Shown piece after piece: positions 24,001 through 37,135 of a DNA stretch of 64,000 nucleotides (position 1 is its first letter; each line of letters starts with the position of its first letter). The stretch comes from Malacoraja senta. Lineage: Eukaryota. Position numbers and translations under genes: made by a program. The notes under the pieces are model-generated. The model was not told the DNA's origin. It worked only from the letters and a program-made list of their open reading frames with translations, and searched no databases. The stretch covers positions 24,614,001 through 24,678,000 of the forward strand of contig CM075983.1 in NCBI GenBank assembly GCA_038087875.1, given 5' to 3'.

Positions 24001-25934
24001 AGAGAGACCACCATAAAATTTAATTCCTTTCAATGGGGTCGCTGACATTGATCTAAAAGCTAAATGGTTTTTTTAACACATTATACTTGATATTTATAAT
24101 TTATTGTTGACATTTTCAAATCTTTGTATAGTAGTTTTTATTTATGATTATTTCATTTTGGATGGTTTTTAAACTCTCTAATCAACAGATTTCAAAACTA
24201 TTCAAATACCTTAAATGGTAGTGTGTCAACTGGTCATCAGGGCTGCCCATGGGTAGAGACTGGAGAGCTAACATCCAAGCCCTAACTGTTGGATGGTCAT
24301 GGCAGAATGGCTTCGGATTTGGTTGATCCCACAAGGCCACATGAAGATAGTGAGCAGCTGCTCTGACATTGCAAATACTTTTGACTTCATGTTGTACCAG
24401 AAAAGAATGTGCAAAATTATATTTTAGTGTCATTCTACTTCAAATTATTTGTAAAGCAGGTTGTGTATTTGCGTGAAATACAGTTCCTAACCTCATATGC
24501 AGAGCATGCTAATCTAGCGATATTGCACATTAATTATTTGGGAAGTAGGGTGGAAAGAGTGTGCATGCCCTTGCATAACAAGATTTTGTTTTTTACCAAT
24601 CCATATATCCATTATTATTAACATTAATGGCACTATAGTGTGTTAGATAACCACAGGCTACTTATTTTGCAAGCACGAAAAATTACGTGGTCCCTCATTA
24701 TAGCGAGTATAAGTTAAAAAAATTATTGGAGTGCCTAATGCATGTCTTTACACAGATGGTTAAACCCAGACTGTCCTGTGTCCATTTGTAATTGTACCAG
24801 CTGTTCACTCAATAGGTGGTAGTTATCTGAATCTGTTGTTTACAATGCATTGTTAGATGGGCATCTGAAACCGAAACAATTCCCCCGCCAACCCCCCCCC
24901 CCACCCCCCCCCACTACTAATATCAGAATACTGAACGGTCTGCCCATGAGCAAAGATGTAGTCTCGATCTTCCAATCTACCTCATCGCAGAATTTTAGTA
25001 TTGGTTTACTTTGACATGTGTACCAATATAGTGAGAAGGCTTTGTTTGCATGCTACCCAGTCAAGTCAAATCAAATCATGCTATACGTGAGTATAATCAA
25101 GCCGTACGCAGGTACGATAGGCAGTGCGGAGAGAAAACTACCAGTGCAGAATATATTGTTCAACATGAAAACATTGCAGTTACAGAGAAAATGTCCAAAG
25201 TCCACGATGATGTAGATTGGAAGATCGAGACTACATCGTTGCTTGTGGGAAGCATTCAGTATTCTGTTATTAGTGGTGTGGGGGGGGGGGGTGGGGGGGA
25301 TGGGGAATTGTTCCTGAAACTGGTGTGATGTTTATCAAACCCTTGTATCATATGCTCGATGGAAAAGGGGATGGTCTGGGTGAAAAAGATACTTGATTAT
25401 GTCAGCTGCTAATCTCAAGCTAATATCAACAAATGCCACATTTAGTAACTAGTTATAAAGTTATAATTATAATTAGTGTTCATGACCCATTGATTATGAC
25501 CACAAGATTCTAGAGCTCTGACAGAATCAATTTATGTTCTTTCATTCCTGTGTATGCCAAACTGAATTCAGACTTTACCCATTTGATTTCTTTTGCTGAT
25601 GTACTACGAAATATGTCAAATTAAATTTGACACCTTTTGTTTGTATTCAATATATGGTTAGCTTTTTCTCTTGATCACTTCATTTTTTTGGACAGTCGTT
25701 AGAATAATGATTGACAAAACAAAATCCTTTTAAAATAGCTCTGATTTCTTTGAGCAGAAATGGAATCCTTTGTCTAAAATTGCCATCCTTGTCTTTGAGC
25801 TGTCAACTGACATGTGCTTCAACTGTATTTTAACTGTGGATGTGTCAGTAAGATATGTTAAAATAAGTTAAAATCAAAAATTGAACATGCTACATTTATA
25901 AAACAAGCAAAATACACATTGTTTTTTGGATGTA

Positions 25935-27165
25935 CAGTGCCCTCCATAATGTTTGGGACAAAGACCCATCATTTATTTATTTGCCTCTGTACTCCACAAT
26001 TTGAGATTTGTAATAGAAAAAAATCACATGTGGTTAAAGTGCACATTGTCAGATTTTAATAAAGGCCATTTTTATACATTTAGGTTTCACCATGTAGAAA
26101 TTACAGCAGTGTTTATACATAGTCCCCTCATTTCAGGGCACCATAATGTTTGGGACACAGCAATGTCATGTAAATGAAAGTAGTCATGTTTAGTATTTTG
26201 TCGCATATCCTTTGCAAGCAATGACTGCTCGATGTTTGCGTTTCATGGACATCACCAGTAGCTGAGTGTCTTCTCTGCTGATGCTCTGCCAGGCCTGTAT
26301 TGCAGCCATCTTTAGCTTATGCTTGTTTTGGGGGCTAGTCCCCTTCAGTTTTATCATCAGCATATTATAAAAGGCATGCTCAGTTGGGTTCAGATAGGGT
26401 GATTGACTTGAGCACTCAAGAATTTACCATTTTTTAGCTTTGAAAAACTCCTTTGGTGCTTTAGCAGTATGTTTGGGATCATTGTCTTGCTGTGGAATGA
26501 ACCGCCTGCCAATGAGTTTTGAGGCATTTGTTTGAACTTGAGCAGATAGGATGTGTCCTTACACTTCAGAATTCATTGTGCTACTACCATCAGCAGTTCA
26601 TCGATGAAGATAAGTGAGCCAGTACCTTCAGCAGCCACACGTGCCCAGGCCATTACACCCCCACCACCGTGTTTCACAGATGAGGTGGTATGCTTTGGAT
26701 CTTGGGCAGTTCCTTCTCTCTTCCATACTTTGCTCTTGCCATCACTCTGATATGTTAATCATTATCTCATCTGTCCACAAGACCTTTTTCCAGAACTGTG
26801 GTTGCTCTTTTATGTTCTTCTTTGCAATCTGTAACCCGGCCATCCTATTTTTGCGGCTAACCAGTGGTTTGCATCTTGCAGTGTAGCCTCTGTATTTTTG
26901 TTCATGAAGTCTTCTGCGGATAGTGGTCATTGACAAATCCACACCTACTCCTGAAGAGTGTTTCTGATCTGTTGGACAGCTGTTTGCGGATTTCTCTTTA
27001 TTATAGAGAGAATTCTTCTGTCATCAGCTGTGGAGGTCTTCCTTGGCCCTTTGCGATTAATAAGCTCACCAGTGCTCTCTTTCTTCTTAATGATGTTCCA
27101 AACAGCTGATGGTAAGCCTGAGGTTTGGCTGATGTCTATAACAGTTTCATTTGTGGTTCTCACTC

Positions 27166-27168
<3 letters not shown>
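25935..27168 (-). mobile_element. Tc1-family (DD34E) DNA transposon with one end retained; pseudogenised transposase
   Basis: TA + CAGTGCCCTCCATAATGTTTGGGACA terminus with an inner direct repeat near 26134 (IR/DR type). Minus strand reads KVLWTDE...HGGGGVMAW...QQDNDPKH...LNPTEH; D-to-E spacing is 34 with one in-frame stop. Confidence 0.9.

Positions 27169-27205
<37 letters not shown>
27166..27205. repeat. (AAT)13 microsatellite, the LINE tail
   Basis: Seen directly. Confidence 0.95.
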
Positions 27206-27206
<1 letters not shown>

Positions 27207-28070
27207 CTTTATTTCGAACTCAAGGTCCAGACAAGGGACAACATTACATAAAAATATATTGCTTATAAAAACATCATAAAATACATATACAATCTTAGTA
27301 TATCACTTATAAAAGCATCATAAATTATATATTTAAAAAATAAACACAATACAGAATAAAAAAGAATGACCAATGTCTTACAACGAGACAACGAAACCAG
27401 TGTCTCCACAACTGGGATTCGGAGCGTGTAGTGCTAAACCTCATGTTTGACAAGGCTACAATAATTACATTTTTAGAGTCATTTATCCTGCAAATGAATT
27501 TATACATATGATTTCTTAGGATAGCTTCTAAAGTACTGACTCCTGCAGCCACAAACATGTTACTAGCACTACACCATCTAGGTTTCCTTAGCAGTGTTCT
27601 TACGGCATCATTATAGGACACCTTTAGTCTCTGCAAACTTGTCTTTCCATAGTTCGACCACAGGTGCGCAGTATAGAGTGGTGTGCAATATGCTCTAAAC
27701 AGCGACATGTTCACCACATCTGCACATGCACCAAACTTACGCAAGAGACTATTTGCCTGTGCATACAGCATGCGTCGTTGCCTATAAATATCCTCATCAT
27801 CTGTCATTTGTTCTGTAATAAAATGCCCAAGATATTTTACCTTATTACAGACACTAAGATTATTGTCAGACAATTTCAAATCAGGAAATTTTAGACACTT
27901 ATCCTCTTTGATTCTACAGATCATAACAGCACTCTTACAAGCATTATATTTAATATCATGTTCCACACCATACACAGAACATATAGTAAGGAGCTGCTGG
28001 AGACCAGCGCTAGATGGACTAAAGAACACAAGATCATCTGCATACATAATATGGTTCATGATTCCAACAT
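27166..28070 (-). mobile_element. 5'-truncated LINE, RTE-X-like, with an (ATT)n tail
   Basis: Intact ORF 27325..28080 (YADDLV...SPSSAGLQQLL..C..YG..HDI.YN..KS; KYLG); AATAAA followed by the microsatellite tail at 27166-27205. Confidence 0.75.
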
Positions 28071-28084
28071 TGGTTGTCACCTTT

Positions 28085-28790
28085 CTCGCTTCATATTATT
28101 TTTTATGATTATTATGTGGATGTATGGGTCCACTTTGCTATCATTCTGAACTGTTTTTATTTTTTTGCAGCTTCTTTTGGAATGACCAATGTCCCAGTAT
28201 TTGGTTTCCACCTCAAAATTCTTCAATTCACGTTTGAAATGTCGAGATCATGTTTAAATGTGAACTCGTCTCTAAACTGATAACCTTTGCTTAGTGATGA
28301 CCACTTAATTCTACTTCTAGTGTAGTTCCTTTCATCCTGTTCATTATATTTGATAGTACTTATTAATGTTCATTGATTTTTTTAATGCATCCAGTCCAGC
28401 AAAGGTGTTTTTTCTTCTCTCGATTTAATAATGTAATTCATTTTAATTTCCTGTCCCTTATGCTCTTAATGCTCCACTCATTCATATCTTTGAATACTTA
28501 GTTTGCCTTGCATTTCCTGAGAGTTTTGCTTCAATTTATCTTTCAGATATTTCATCATCCCAGAATTTTTTTCCCCTTATTTCTTATTCCTCAAACAGAC
28601 TTCCCAAACTCCTTCCATAAGGTCTGTTCAGACATTTCTGAAAGTGCTTTCCTTTTGAACAACCAAGTCTGGTTTTCCTTTTCGTGGCACAGAATTTTCT
28701 TCCTTCTTCAAACACCCCACTTGAAAATCTTTATACCTGGAAATAATGTGACATGATGAGGAAGCTCTCAATCGTACCATATTACTATTG
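28085..28790 (-). mobile_element. Highly decayed RTE-like LINE fragment
   Basis: Minus-strand remnants WMMKDI and LVIPKEAAKK*KQFRMIA resemble RTE IPKK...YRTIS. Confidence 0.4.
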
Positions 28791-29934
28791 AGTCATAGAA
28801 TTAGCAATTTAATAAGGATGTATGATCCTGAAGCAAGCATTAATGTTCTACGCTGTTGGAGTCGTCCAAGTTACATAGAAATACCATCAATGCTATCAAC
28901 CATTGCAGCTGCTAGGTAAGTTAAAAATGGGCATGGTCTCTATTTATTATTTCTTGGAGCGCAGTCCCTAATTGCCCTAAGAAGTTAATGGTAATGATTG
29001 CTTTGACAACTCTGACTTGATAACCTATTTCAGAAGGCAACTATGTGGTGTGGGACTGGAGTCACGTATAGGCTAAATTAAGTCGGTGCATCATGCCCTT
29101 TTGAAAAATAAATTAAACAACATCAAATTCTTCATGATGCTTGAAATTTGAAAATATTAGCAGAAATGGCTGTTATGACTTGATACCTAAGGCATTCATT
29201 TTTGCTTTCTTAACATAGCGAATTGTTACTTTGCATATTTTAACAGTTGAATATTTTGAGGTTCTTTTTGCTTTGGAAAACTTGTTTATAATGACTGGTA
29301 GTTTTCATTGTTTCTGTGTTCTCGTCCCACGCCACAAATGAGCAAAGTTATTGCGTTTGGTAATAAAATTGGGATGGGCATCCTCTGCTATTCTGTGTGC
29401 CTAAATGTATATCCATTGAAAAGATAAAACAAATATAAGTTTCAATAACTTAAGTGAACATAAACTATTTTAGTCTGTCCTGACCACTGGCAAACTTGTT
29501 CTGAAGTGTACTGCATATATTGGATTACCTTGCTATTCCTGGTAATTATTTAAGCATCTGTATGTGTTGCTAACTTCTTGGCATTCAGCATAGAAGTTCT
29601 CGCTCTTATCCAGCTATTTGAGAGACGCTTCACAATGTCAGGCATTTTAATCCCTTGCTTAAATATTTTTTGTAAAGTAACAGATCATTTATCATTGATG
29701 GTGTGGGACGCAAGTGACTGCAGTAGGATTGTCCCATTGGCTATGCCTAGACATTTGTGGGTGGCAAATTTTGCTTAAATCCTTCCGTTATAAACTGTAA
29801 AATAGTTAAGCATTCTAGTGATACTGTACTCTGATGAAATGTCCAAAATGATAAAATAAAAAAAAAACTTTAAAAATGGCCAATCTTTGAACTTCACAAA
29901 ATGCTTTACATATCTGTCATGCTGCTTAGTTTTT

Positions 29935-30231
29935 TTTTAGTTTAGTTTAGCTTAGAGCTACAGTGCGGAACTAGGCCCTTCGGCCCACCGAGTCCGCGCT
30001 GACCAGCAATCCCCGCACATTAACAATATTGTACACACTAGGGACAATCTACATTTCTACCAAGCCAATTAACCTACAACCCTTTGGAAAGTGGAAGGAA
30101 ACTGAAGATCTCGGAGAAAACCCACATGGTGACGGGGAGAATGTACAAACTTCGAACAAACAGCACCCGTAGTCAAGTTCTAACCCGGGTCTCTGGCACT
30201 GTAAAGCAGCAACTCTACCGTTGCGCCGCCC
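29935..30231 (-). mobile_element. tRNA-derived V-SINE (HE1-like) with CR1-type tail
   Basis: Minus strand shows a tRNA-like head (ggcgcaacggtagag...cccgggttagaact), a V-domain-like core (ttctccccgtcaccatgtgggttttctcc) and a (CTAAA)n tail. Homologous to 53760-56338. Confidence 0.85.
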
Positions 30232-30319
30232 CACACCCCTGCTGCAAATAAGAATTTAATTGTTTCATTTTGAGACAATAAACCATTCTTGACTTTACTA
30301 TTGATAAATACTTTATAAA

Positions 30320-30610
30320 GTACAACTGGTTTGCAATGTAAGAAAGCAGCAGTTACTTATGAACAACAGATCCCAATAAAGGCATTGTAGTTTGACCAAG
30401 TAATCATTTATTTTGTAATAATGATCGAGGGATAAACTGTGATATTGATGTGCCCATCTTCAAAACAAATGTGTCATGTGATCTCCATGTGATCTTTCCC
30501 ATTCATATGAGCGCACATGTTTTAAGATATGTTTCAAAAGTTCTGAGCTCCAGTGTGGTGCTCCATCAAACCAAATTTGAGATTTTGTGCTCCATATGCC
30601 TCTTGAGTTA
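30320..30610 (-). mobile_element. Ancient Deu-domain SINE (SacSINE1/AmnSINE1-like), degraded
   Basis: Ordered similarity to the DeuSINE consensus as I recall it: aatgtaagaaagcagcag...agatccca...gaccaagtaatc...gagggataaa...atgtgatcttt...gattttgtgctc. Confidence 0.5.
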
Positions 30611-32107
30611 GCTAGATATATTGTAACACTTAAGAAGGCACGGGTAAAAAATATTAGTTGAAAGATATGAGAGAGTGCATTATGGGACTTAGTAAAAAAG
30701 AAGTATAGATGATAGTCAAAGCAGACCTCGTCCCTGTGGCCATGAGTCTAGTTAAAGAAACAGACCGCCAACACCACCACTGAATACAGATCAGGGATCA
30801 CTCATTCCATCCATAAATCCACTTCCTCAGTACCAGTAACCTAATATTTCCAATACTTACACAAATGGAGTTATTTCATTAGTGAGCAAATAGTCAAGAC
30901 TTCAACATTTTATTAAAACAGTCACCTCTATGATTTTTGCAGCACTACATATGAACTGCACCATTGTGTCATATTGAAGAGGGGTTCTGATTTCTGGAGA
31001 AGAATTAAATTTTTTGGAGTGGCGGTTAAACTTAACTTAATTCGGAGAAGTCTTCTATTAAGTTAAAGTAAGATTTCCATTTTGATTCCCCCCCCCCCCG
31101 CCTTTCAGTTACTAAGAAATGGCAGATTTCAATGGATTGAACCAGTTTTTGTGGGGGGGGGGGGGAAATACAATTTTCTATTTGAATAATATTTTATTGT
31201 TCCCAAATGTTTTGACAATGTTTGTGCAATTATCCGATTACATCTCTTGGCCTCATTCCTCTAAAATCAATACTAGATTTTACAATGCAAAGTGTTCCAA
31301 CAGGTTTTATTAATAAGATTCAGTTCTCGTTTTTCATTTTATGATTTTTCTTTTAGAAAATAAAGGCTCAGTGGAATAATAAATAGCAGTTACTCAGCTT
31401 TGGAATGGTTCTGTCATGTGAATGGGTATATACAACTCTGATATGCCTGAATGGATCTTTTTAAGTGATACAACTTTCAACGTGGTATAACTTTAATTTT
31501 TTTTGGTGAATTCTGACATACATTTCCAACTACTGTGAAATATTAGATGTTACGGCCTGCAAGAGAAATGTTGGGATGGATCCCACTAACGGCATACTAG
31601 TATCGCTGTAGGGAAGTGATAGCCTGCTGCAACATGCCTATTAGTATATGTTGCAGACTTCTCTGCCTACACATTGTCGTGAAGAAATGTGGGATGCCCA
31701 GGAGTCCAGATGATGAAGCATCTGACCTGCTGCTCCGTATCTAGACTTGAGTATTGAGTTTTGCAGCACCCTGTAATCTACTGAGTTAGAGGACTGAGTT
31801 ATTGGACTCGGTTATATTTCTTATCTGGTTTATTGGTTTTCTATCAGCTTTTGGCACATCTAATACGTATTACCATGATATATTTTAATTTGATTATTAA
31901 TGTTTTAAATTACTTTACATAAATGTACTCTTTTTAGTTGCAGTCTTTTTATACTTTTTCTTTTTTTTCAATTCCTGTTATAGGTGTCTAATCATCAGAA
32001 ACAGAGAAGTCTTTTTGACAGCTTGTGCTGCCAGAAGACTATAGGGGAGATCTGTAAGCATGGGCTCAATTTTCACCTCCCCCTGGCCGTCACAGCTTGC
32101 TCAAAAC

Positions 32108-32500
32108 ATCATAAGGGTTAGGAGCGGAATTAGGACATTCATTCCATCAAGACTACTCCGCCATTCAATTATGGCTGATCAATCTCGCCCTCTTAAGTAA
32201 GTTCTCCTGCCTTCTCCCCATAACCTCTGACACCCGTACTAATCAAGAATCTATCTATCTCTGCCTTAAATATGTCCACTGACGGCCTTCACAGCCTTCT
32301 GTGGCAAAGAATTCCACAAATTCACCACCCTCTGACTAAAGAAATTCCTCCTCATCTCCTTCCTAAAAGAACGTCCTTTAATTCTGAGGCTATGACCCCT
32401 AGTCCTAGACTCTCCCACTAGTGGAAACATCCTCTTCACATCCACTTTATCCAAGCCTTTCATTATTTTGTATGTTTCAATGTGGTCCCCCTTCATTCTG
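32108..32500 (-). mobile_element. CR1 3' end
   Basis: ORF 32266..32505 (IETYKIMKGLD...TRGHSL...FFSQRVVNLWNSLP) plus 3' UTR. Confidence 0.9.
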
Positions 32501-34019
32501 ATCACAGTGGCTAAGCTCGAGGTGCAGGTTTGCCCACATTATAGAGAATATGGGAAAGTTAACATGTAGAAACTCTTGTGTTTTCTGGAAACCTTTAGTA
32601 ATTTACAGCACAACTTGCTCATTTTAACTGTATTCAGGGAAGCAGATGCATGCCTTGTTAGAGGCAAATAGAAAAATAATTAACGATTGCGTGTTTCCAG
32701 AACTGCACTGATAAACAACAAGCAAAGCTTGTTCAGCGTAAAATTTAAATTAAATGTATGCAAGCTGCTACTTAAACTTGCACTTAAGCTAAAGTACAAA
32801 AGGTTTGTCTTGGTGTTGTGAAGTGAATGGTGTTGTAAATTCAAAATCAAAGAAAGAGTAGATATTCTGCTGAACGTGATGTGATTATTGTTTTTTCCCC
32901 ATCAAATTTTGAATAATTTCACTTAAATTATTCGTTCCTTTAAGCAGCCAGTTTGCATGCAAACACAATAAAAAGGGTTCAGATTGAGAGCATTGATGTG
33001 TAAAATACATACGCCATTTAAATTGGAATGCTGAATTTCACATTTCGGGACATAATCCAAACATATTGTATTGTTCACCGAAATTCAAATTTTCACATAA
33101 TGAGCACATTGAGGACCATACCCTCAGTTAGGACTGGCAGGTGAATTGTGATTTTATTTTTCCCCTTTAGATATCAACTAGGATTTGTCATCTAACGGAA
33201 AACAAACTGAAATTATTTGCAATACTGAGCAGAGAAACAGAGCAAAGACTATGTCAATGACATTTATTCAGAACTGAGAGAAAGTGGAAGGGAAATTATT
33301 TTAAAAGGGTCATTGGTTGCAGCAGATATTAAAAGACAAATGGAATAGTTCGTGGCCAAAAGAATCTAGTACCAAGATATATTTTTTTAAATGATCAGTC
33401 CAGAGGAGGTATAAACGTGAGAAGCTAATCCAAAGTTATGCAGTTAAATACTGTGAGTCACGGAAATTTTAGAAGAACATTGCACATTATTTGTAACATA
33501 GAAATTTGGTGGGTAGGAAGATTTTATTAACATAACGGAACTGCTATGGTAAATGTTAAATGCCATTAGGTTTCAAGGGTCCTTGTGAACATAGAAGTAA
33601 TGAACAGCAGCTGCTCTGACATTGAACTCCTTGTGAAGTGTAAAGTTGTGTCATTTACTTGGCATTTAAGGAAGGGAATCTGGCCAGTGAATTTATGTTG
33701 GATTTCTTGATGCAGGGACAGCAATTCCATTAATTTGAATGGAAAGCAGCAGGTGCAGGGGAACATTACTGAAGCAATGAAGCTGCTTAATAAATTGAGT
33801 CCATCATGGAAATGCAGTCAGGATATTGCCAATGAAATGGTTGAAGTATATTTGGGATTTGTGCAATTGCAGGGAAGTCTTGACGATATTATTTTATATG
33901 GTGAAATACAAGGAATTCCACTTCATTTAGCTCACATTGTCTGGCAAAATTCTGTCCTATTGAAATGTTTAAAAGCATTTTTTAAGTTCTAAGTTCCTAG
34001 TACAATCAAGACTGTTCGT

Positions 34020-34255
34020 AGTATAGTTGGTGTTTGTCGTGTCCAAGAGCCTGATAGTTGTGGGAAAGAAGCTGCTCCTGAATCTGGAGATCACAGTTTT
34101 CAGGCTCTTGTGCCTTCTTCCTGATGGCAGGAGTTAATTGAGAGCGTAGTTTGGGTGGTTTGGGTCATTGATGATGCTGGTAGCCTTTTTGAGGCAGCAC
34201 CTCCTACAGATCTATTGATGAACTGGGCATTATCCCCCACTTTTTGCAGACAATC
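34020..34255 (-). mobile_element. Rex1/Babar LINE 3' fragment
   Basis: Similar to 575-770 (gagcctgatagttgtgggaaagaagctg). Confidence 0.55.
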
Positions 34256-35642
34256 TTTTTGTAACTGAATCAGACTTTTTTCTATCTTGGTGTTACATCT
34301 GAAATACATATTATATAAATCTGCAAAGTAAATGAAACTCTTTGTCCTTTCACATGAGGATATATGGTATGAAAGTTTCCTCTTTGAAACTTTGATCCCT
34401 TATAAAAAGATCACATTTTCCAAATGATAAACCAAAACACATGAGTTTATTTTTTAAGACACAAGGGGCATACTTACTAGTTTATATGTCCAGAGCTGCT
34501 TATGATCCTGTACAAGTGGTTTTAGTGTTATGGGCTTTTTCAGTACCCTGGATGGAATGTTCTAGGTTTGGATCGGTCCAGTTTTGGAATAAGCTTTTTG
34601 GGGGATTTGTCAAATGTTTTTGAAATCTAGCATTATGAGAGGCACTACTTTTGCTGTAGGTATGGATAGTTGCCATTGGCTTTCATCAAGACTGTTGCCC
34701 TGCTTCTGTCATTTGGTTTCAAAGCATAATCACCTGCAGGATTCTGCTACTTTGAGTACTGCTGACTAGTACCGCTAGTTATTATGGTTGCACTTTATGG
34801 AGTACAACAGGGGAGTCTAGATTTAATGTAATTCTCCACCAAGCATTACCTGTGCCTAGTTTGAGCTGATATTAGAATGTTATTTCCATTAATTTAAGGA
34901 GGAAAACGGCTGTGTGGTTAAATAGTAAGCACGTTAGAAAAATAGCTTGTGGAAGGTATATTTCATATGTTACTAAACATGCAGTAATTTCAGAAGTCCT
35001 GCCATTCACACAATTGGCATGGCACTTCCTATTGTGACGTGCTAACAGGTGTCACAGTTCATGCTCTTGCCTACAAAAATTAAATCAACAGATCTTGACT
35101 TACCTATAGTAAAATGAAGTATCACTGAGAATGTTGGGAACCATACAGAAATTAAAAGGATCTATTCTGAGTTATCAATTTTGTTTTAGATTATTACTGA
35201 TTGTTCCACATTGATTTCCAAGTATTGCCCTTTTACTAAGAGTAGAATATATAAGCTCTTTTGTGTATAGCTGCTATCCTAAACAAATAGAAAGCTGAGC
35301 TATCAACAGCACGTCTTTTATTGAACCAACTGCAGTTTCTACTACTGTAATGTACCAAAAGTCTTTTCACATGCTATACAGTTCCTAAAGGTACACTTGC
35401 ACGTTATACTGGATCTTCTTTCCTGGGGTCGGGGGGAATTGATTTACTGCATCAAACATTTATATTTTAATCAAAAAGAACATCGATTGCAGATGCTGGA
35501 AAAATGAATTATGTACAGAAAGTTCTCAATTTCTACAGCAGGTCAGGCAGCATCAATGGATACAGAAACAACATTTAGAATCGATAAACTTCCTGCTTGG
35601 CTGAGGATGCTTCCAGATCTGATGAGATATCCCTAAACTGAA

Positions 35643-36806
35643 AGAAGGTAGACAAAAATGCTGGAGAAACTCCAGAAATTCTGGAGCCACGCACTCCAGA
35701 AACTGCCTGGAGAAACATAAGCAGCATCTATGGAGCAAAGGAAATAGGCGACGTTTCGGGTTGAGACCCTTCTTCAGAGTGATGTGAGGGTGGTGTGGGA
35801 AGAAGAAAGGAAGAGGCGGAGATAGTGGGCTGTGGGAGAGCTGGGAAGGGGAGGGGAAAGAAGGAGAAAGCAGGGACTACCTGAAATTGGAGAAGTCAAT
35901 GTTCATACCGCTGGGGTGTAAACTACCCAAGCGAAATATGAGGTGCTGCTCCTCCAATTTATAGTGGGCCTCAATCTGGCCATAGAGGAGGCTCAGGACA
36001 GAAAGGTCGCATTCAGAATGGGAGGAGGAGTTGAAGTGCTGAGCCACCAGGAGATCAGGTTGGTTATTGCAAACCGAGCGGAGGTGTTGGGCGAAGCGAT
36101 CGCCAAGTTTACGCTTGGTCTCACCGATGTAGAGCAGCTGACACCAAGAGCAGCGGATGCAATAGATGAGGTTGGAGGAGGTGCAGGTGAACCTCTGCCG
36201 CAACTGGAAAGACTGCTTGGGTCCTTGAATGAAGTCAAGGGGGGAGGTAAAGCGACAAGTGTGGCATTTCCTGCGGTTGCAAGGGAAAGTGCCAGGAGAG
36301 GGGATGGTTCGGGTGGTACGGGACGAATTGACCAGGGAGTTACGGAGGGAGCGGTCTCTGCGGAAAGCCGAAAGGGGAGGAGATGGGAAGATGTGGCCAG
36401 TGGTGGATCCCGTTGGAGGTGGCGAAAATGTCGGAGGGTTATTTGTTGTATGTGACGGCTGGTAGGGTTGAAGGTGAGGACAAGAGGGACTCTGCCCTTG
36501 TTACGAGTGGGGGGATGGGGAGTGAGAGCAGAGTTAAGGGGTATAGAAGAGACCCTGGTGAGGGCCTCATCTATAGTAGAAGAGGGGAACCGCCGTTCCC
36601 TGAAGAATGAGGACATCTCCGATGCCCTTGTTTGGAACAGCTCATCCTGGGTGCAGATCGGGCATATACGGAGGAATTGGAATAGGGGATGGAGTCCTTA
36701 CAGGAAGCAGGGTGGGAAGAAGTGTAGTCCAGATAGCCATGGAAGTCAGTGGGTTTATAGTAGATGTCAGTCAGTAGTCTGTCACCTGCGATGGAGGTAG
36801 TGATGT
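35643..36806 (-). mobile_element. Penelope-like element: end of RT + GIY-YIG + pseudo-LTR, frameshifted
   Basis: TDIYYKPTD...YLDYTSSHP (36571..36876), RVPLVLTF (35993..36616) and GIY-YIG ORF 35877..36203. Confidence 0.92.
35750..35777 (-). ncRNA. Minimal hammerhead motif
   Basis: Minus strand CUGAAGAAGGGUCUCAACCCGAAACGUC. Confidence 0.6.
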
Positions 36807-36940
36807 CGGAAACTGAAAGATGTTGTTTCTCCCTCCATGGGGGAATAATCTTCCTTTGATTTCCCCAGGTATGCATTATCTAAATGTTTCAGTCAAGATA
36901 CTGTGTTCCTTGCAAGAAGATCGTGTGTTTGACTATTTAA

Positions 36941-37135
36941 AGGGCCTGTCCCACTTGGGCGTAATTTGCGCGTCATTTACACGTCAGGACGCGCGACGTG
37001 CCTCGCACGTGATGCGCGCATGATGCGTGGTGACGTAGGCAGTGTCGCGCGCGGCGCCCCAGGATTTTGGGATGTACAAAATCTTTGCGCGCCATCAGCG
37101 TGACATGCAAATGACGCACTAGTGGGACAGGCCCT
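36941..37135. mobile_element. PIF/Harbinger-type MITE, 195 bp
   Basis: TIR AGGGCCTGTCCCACT / AGTGGGACAGGCCCT; TAA on both flanks; CpG-rich, partly palindromic interior. Confidence 0.85.
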
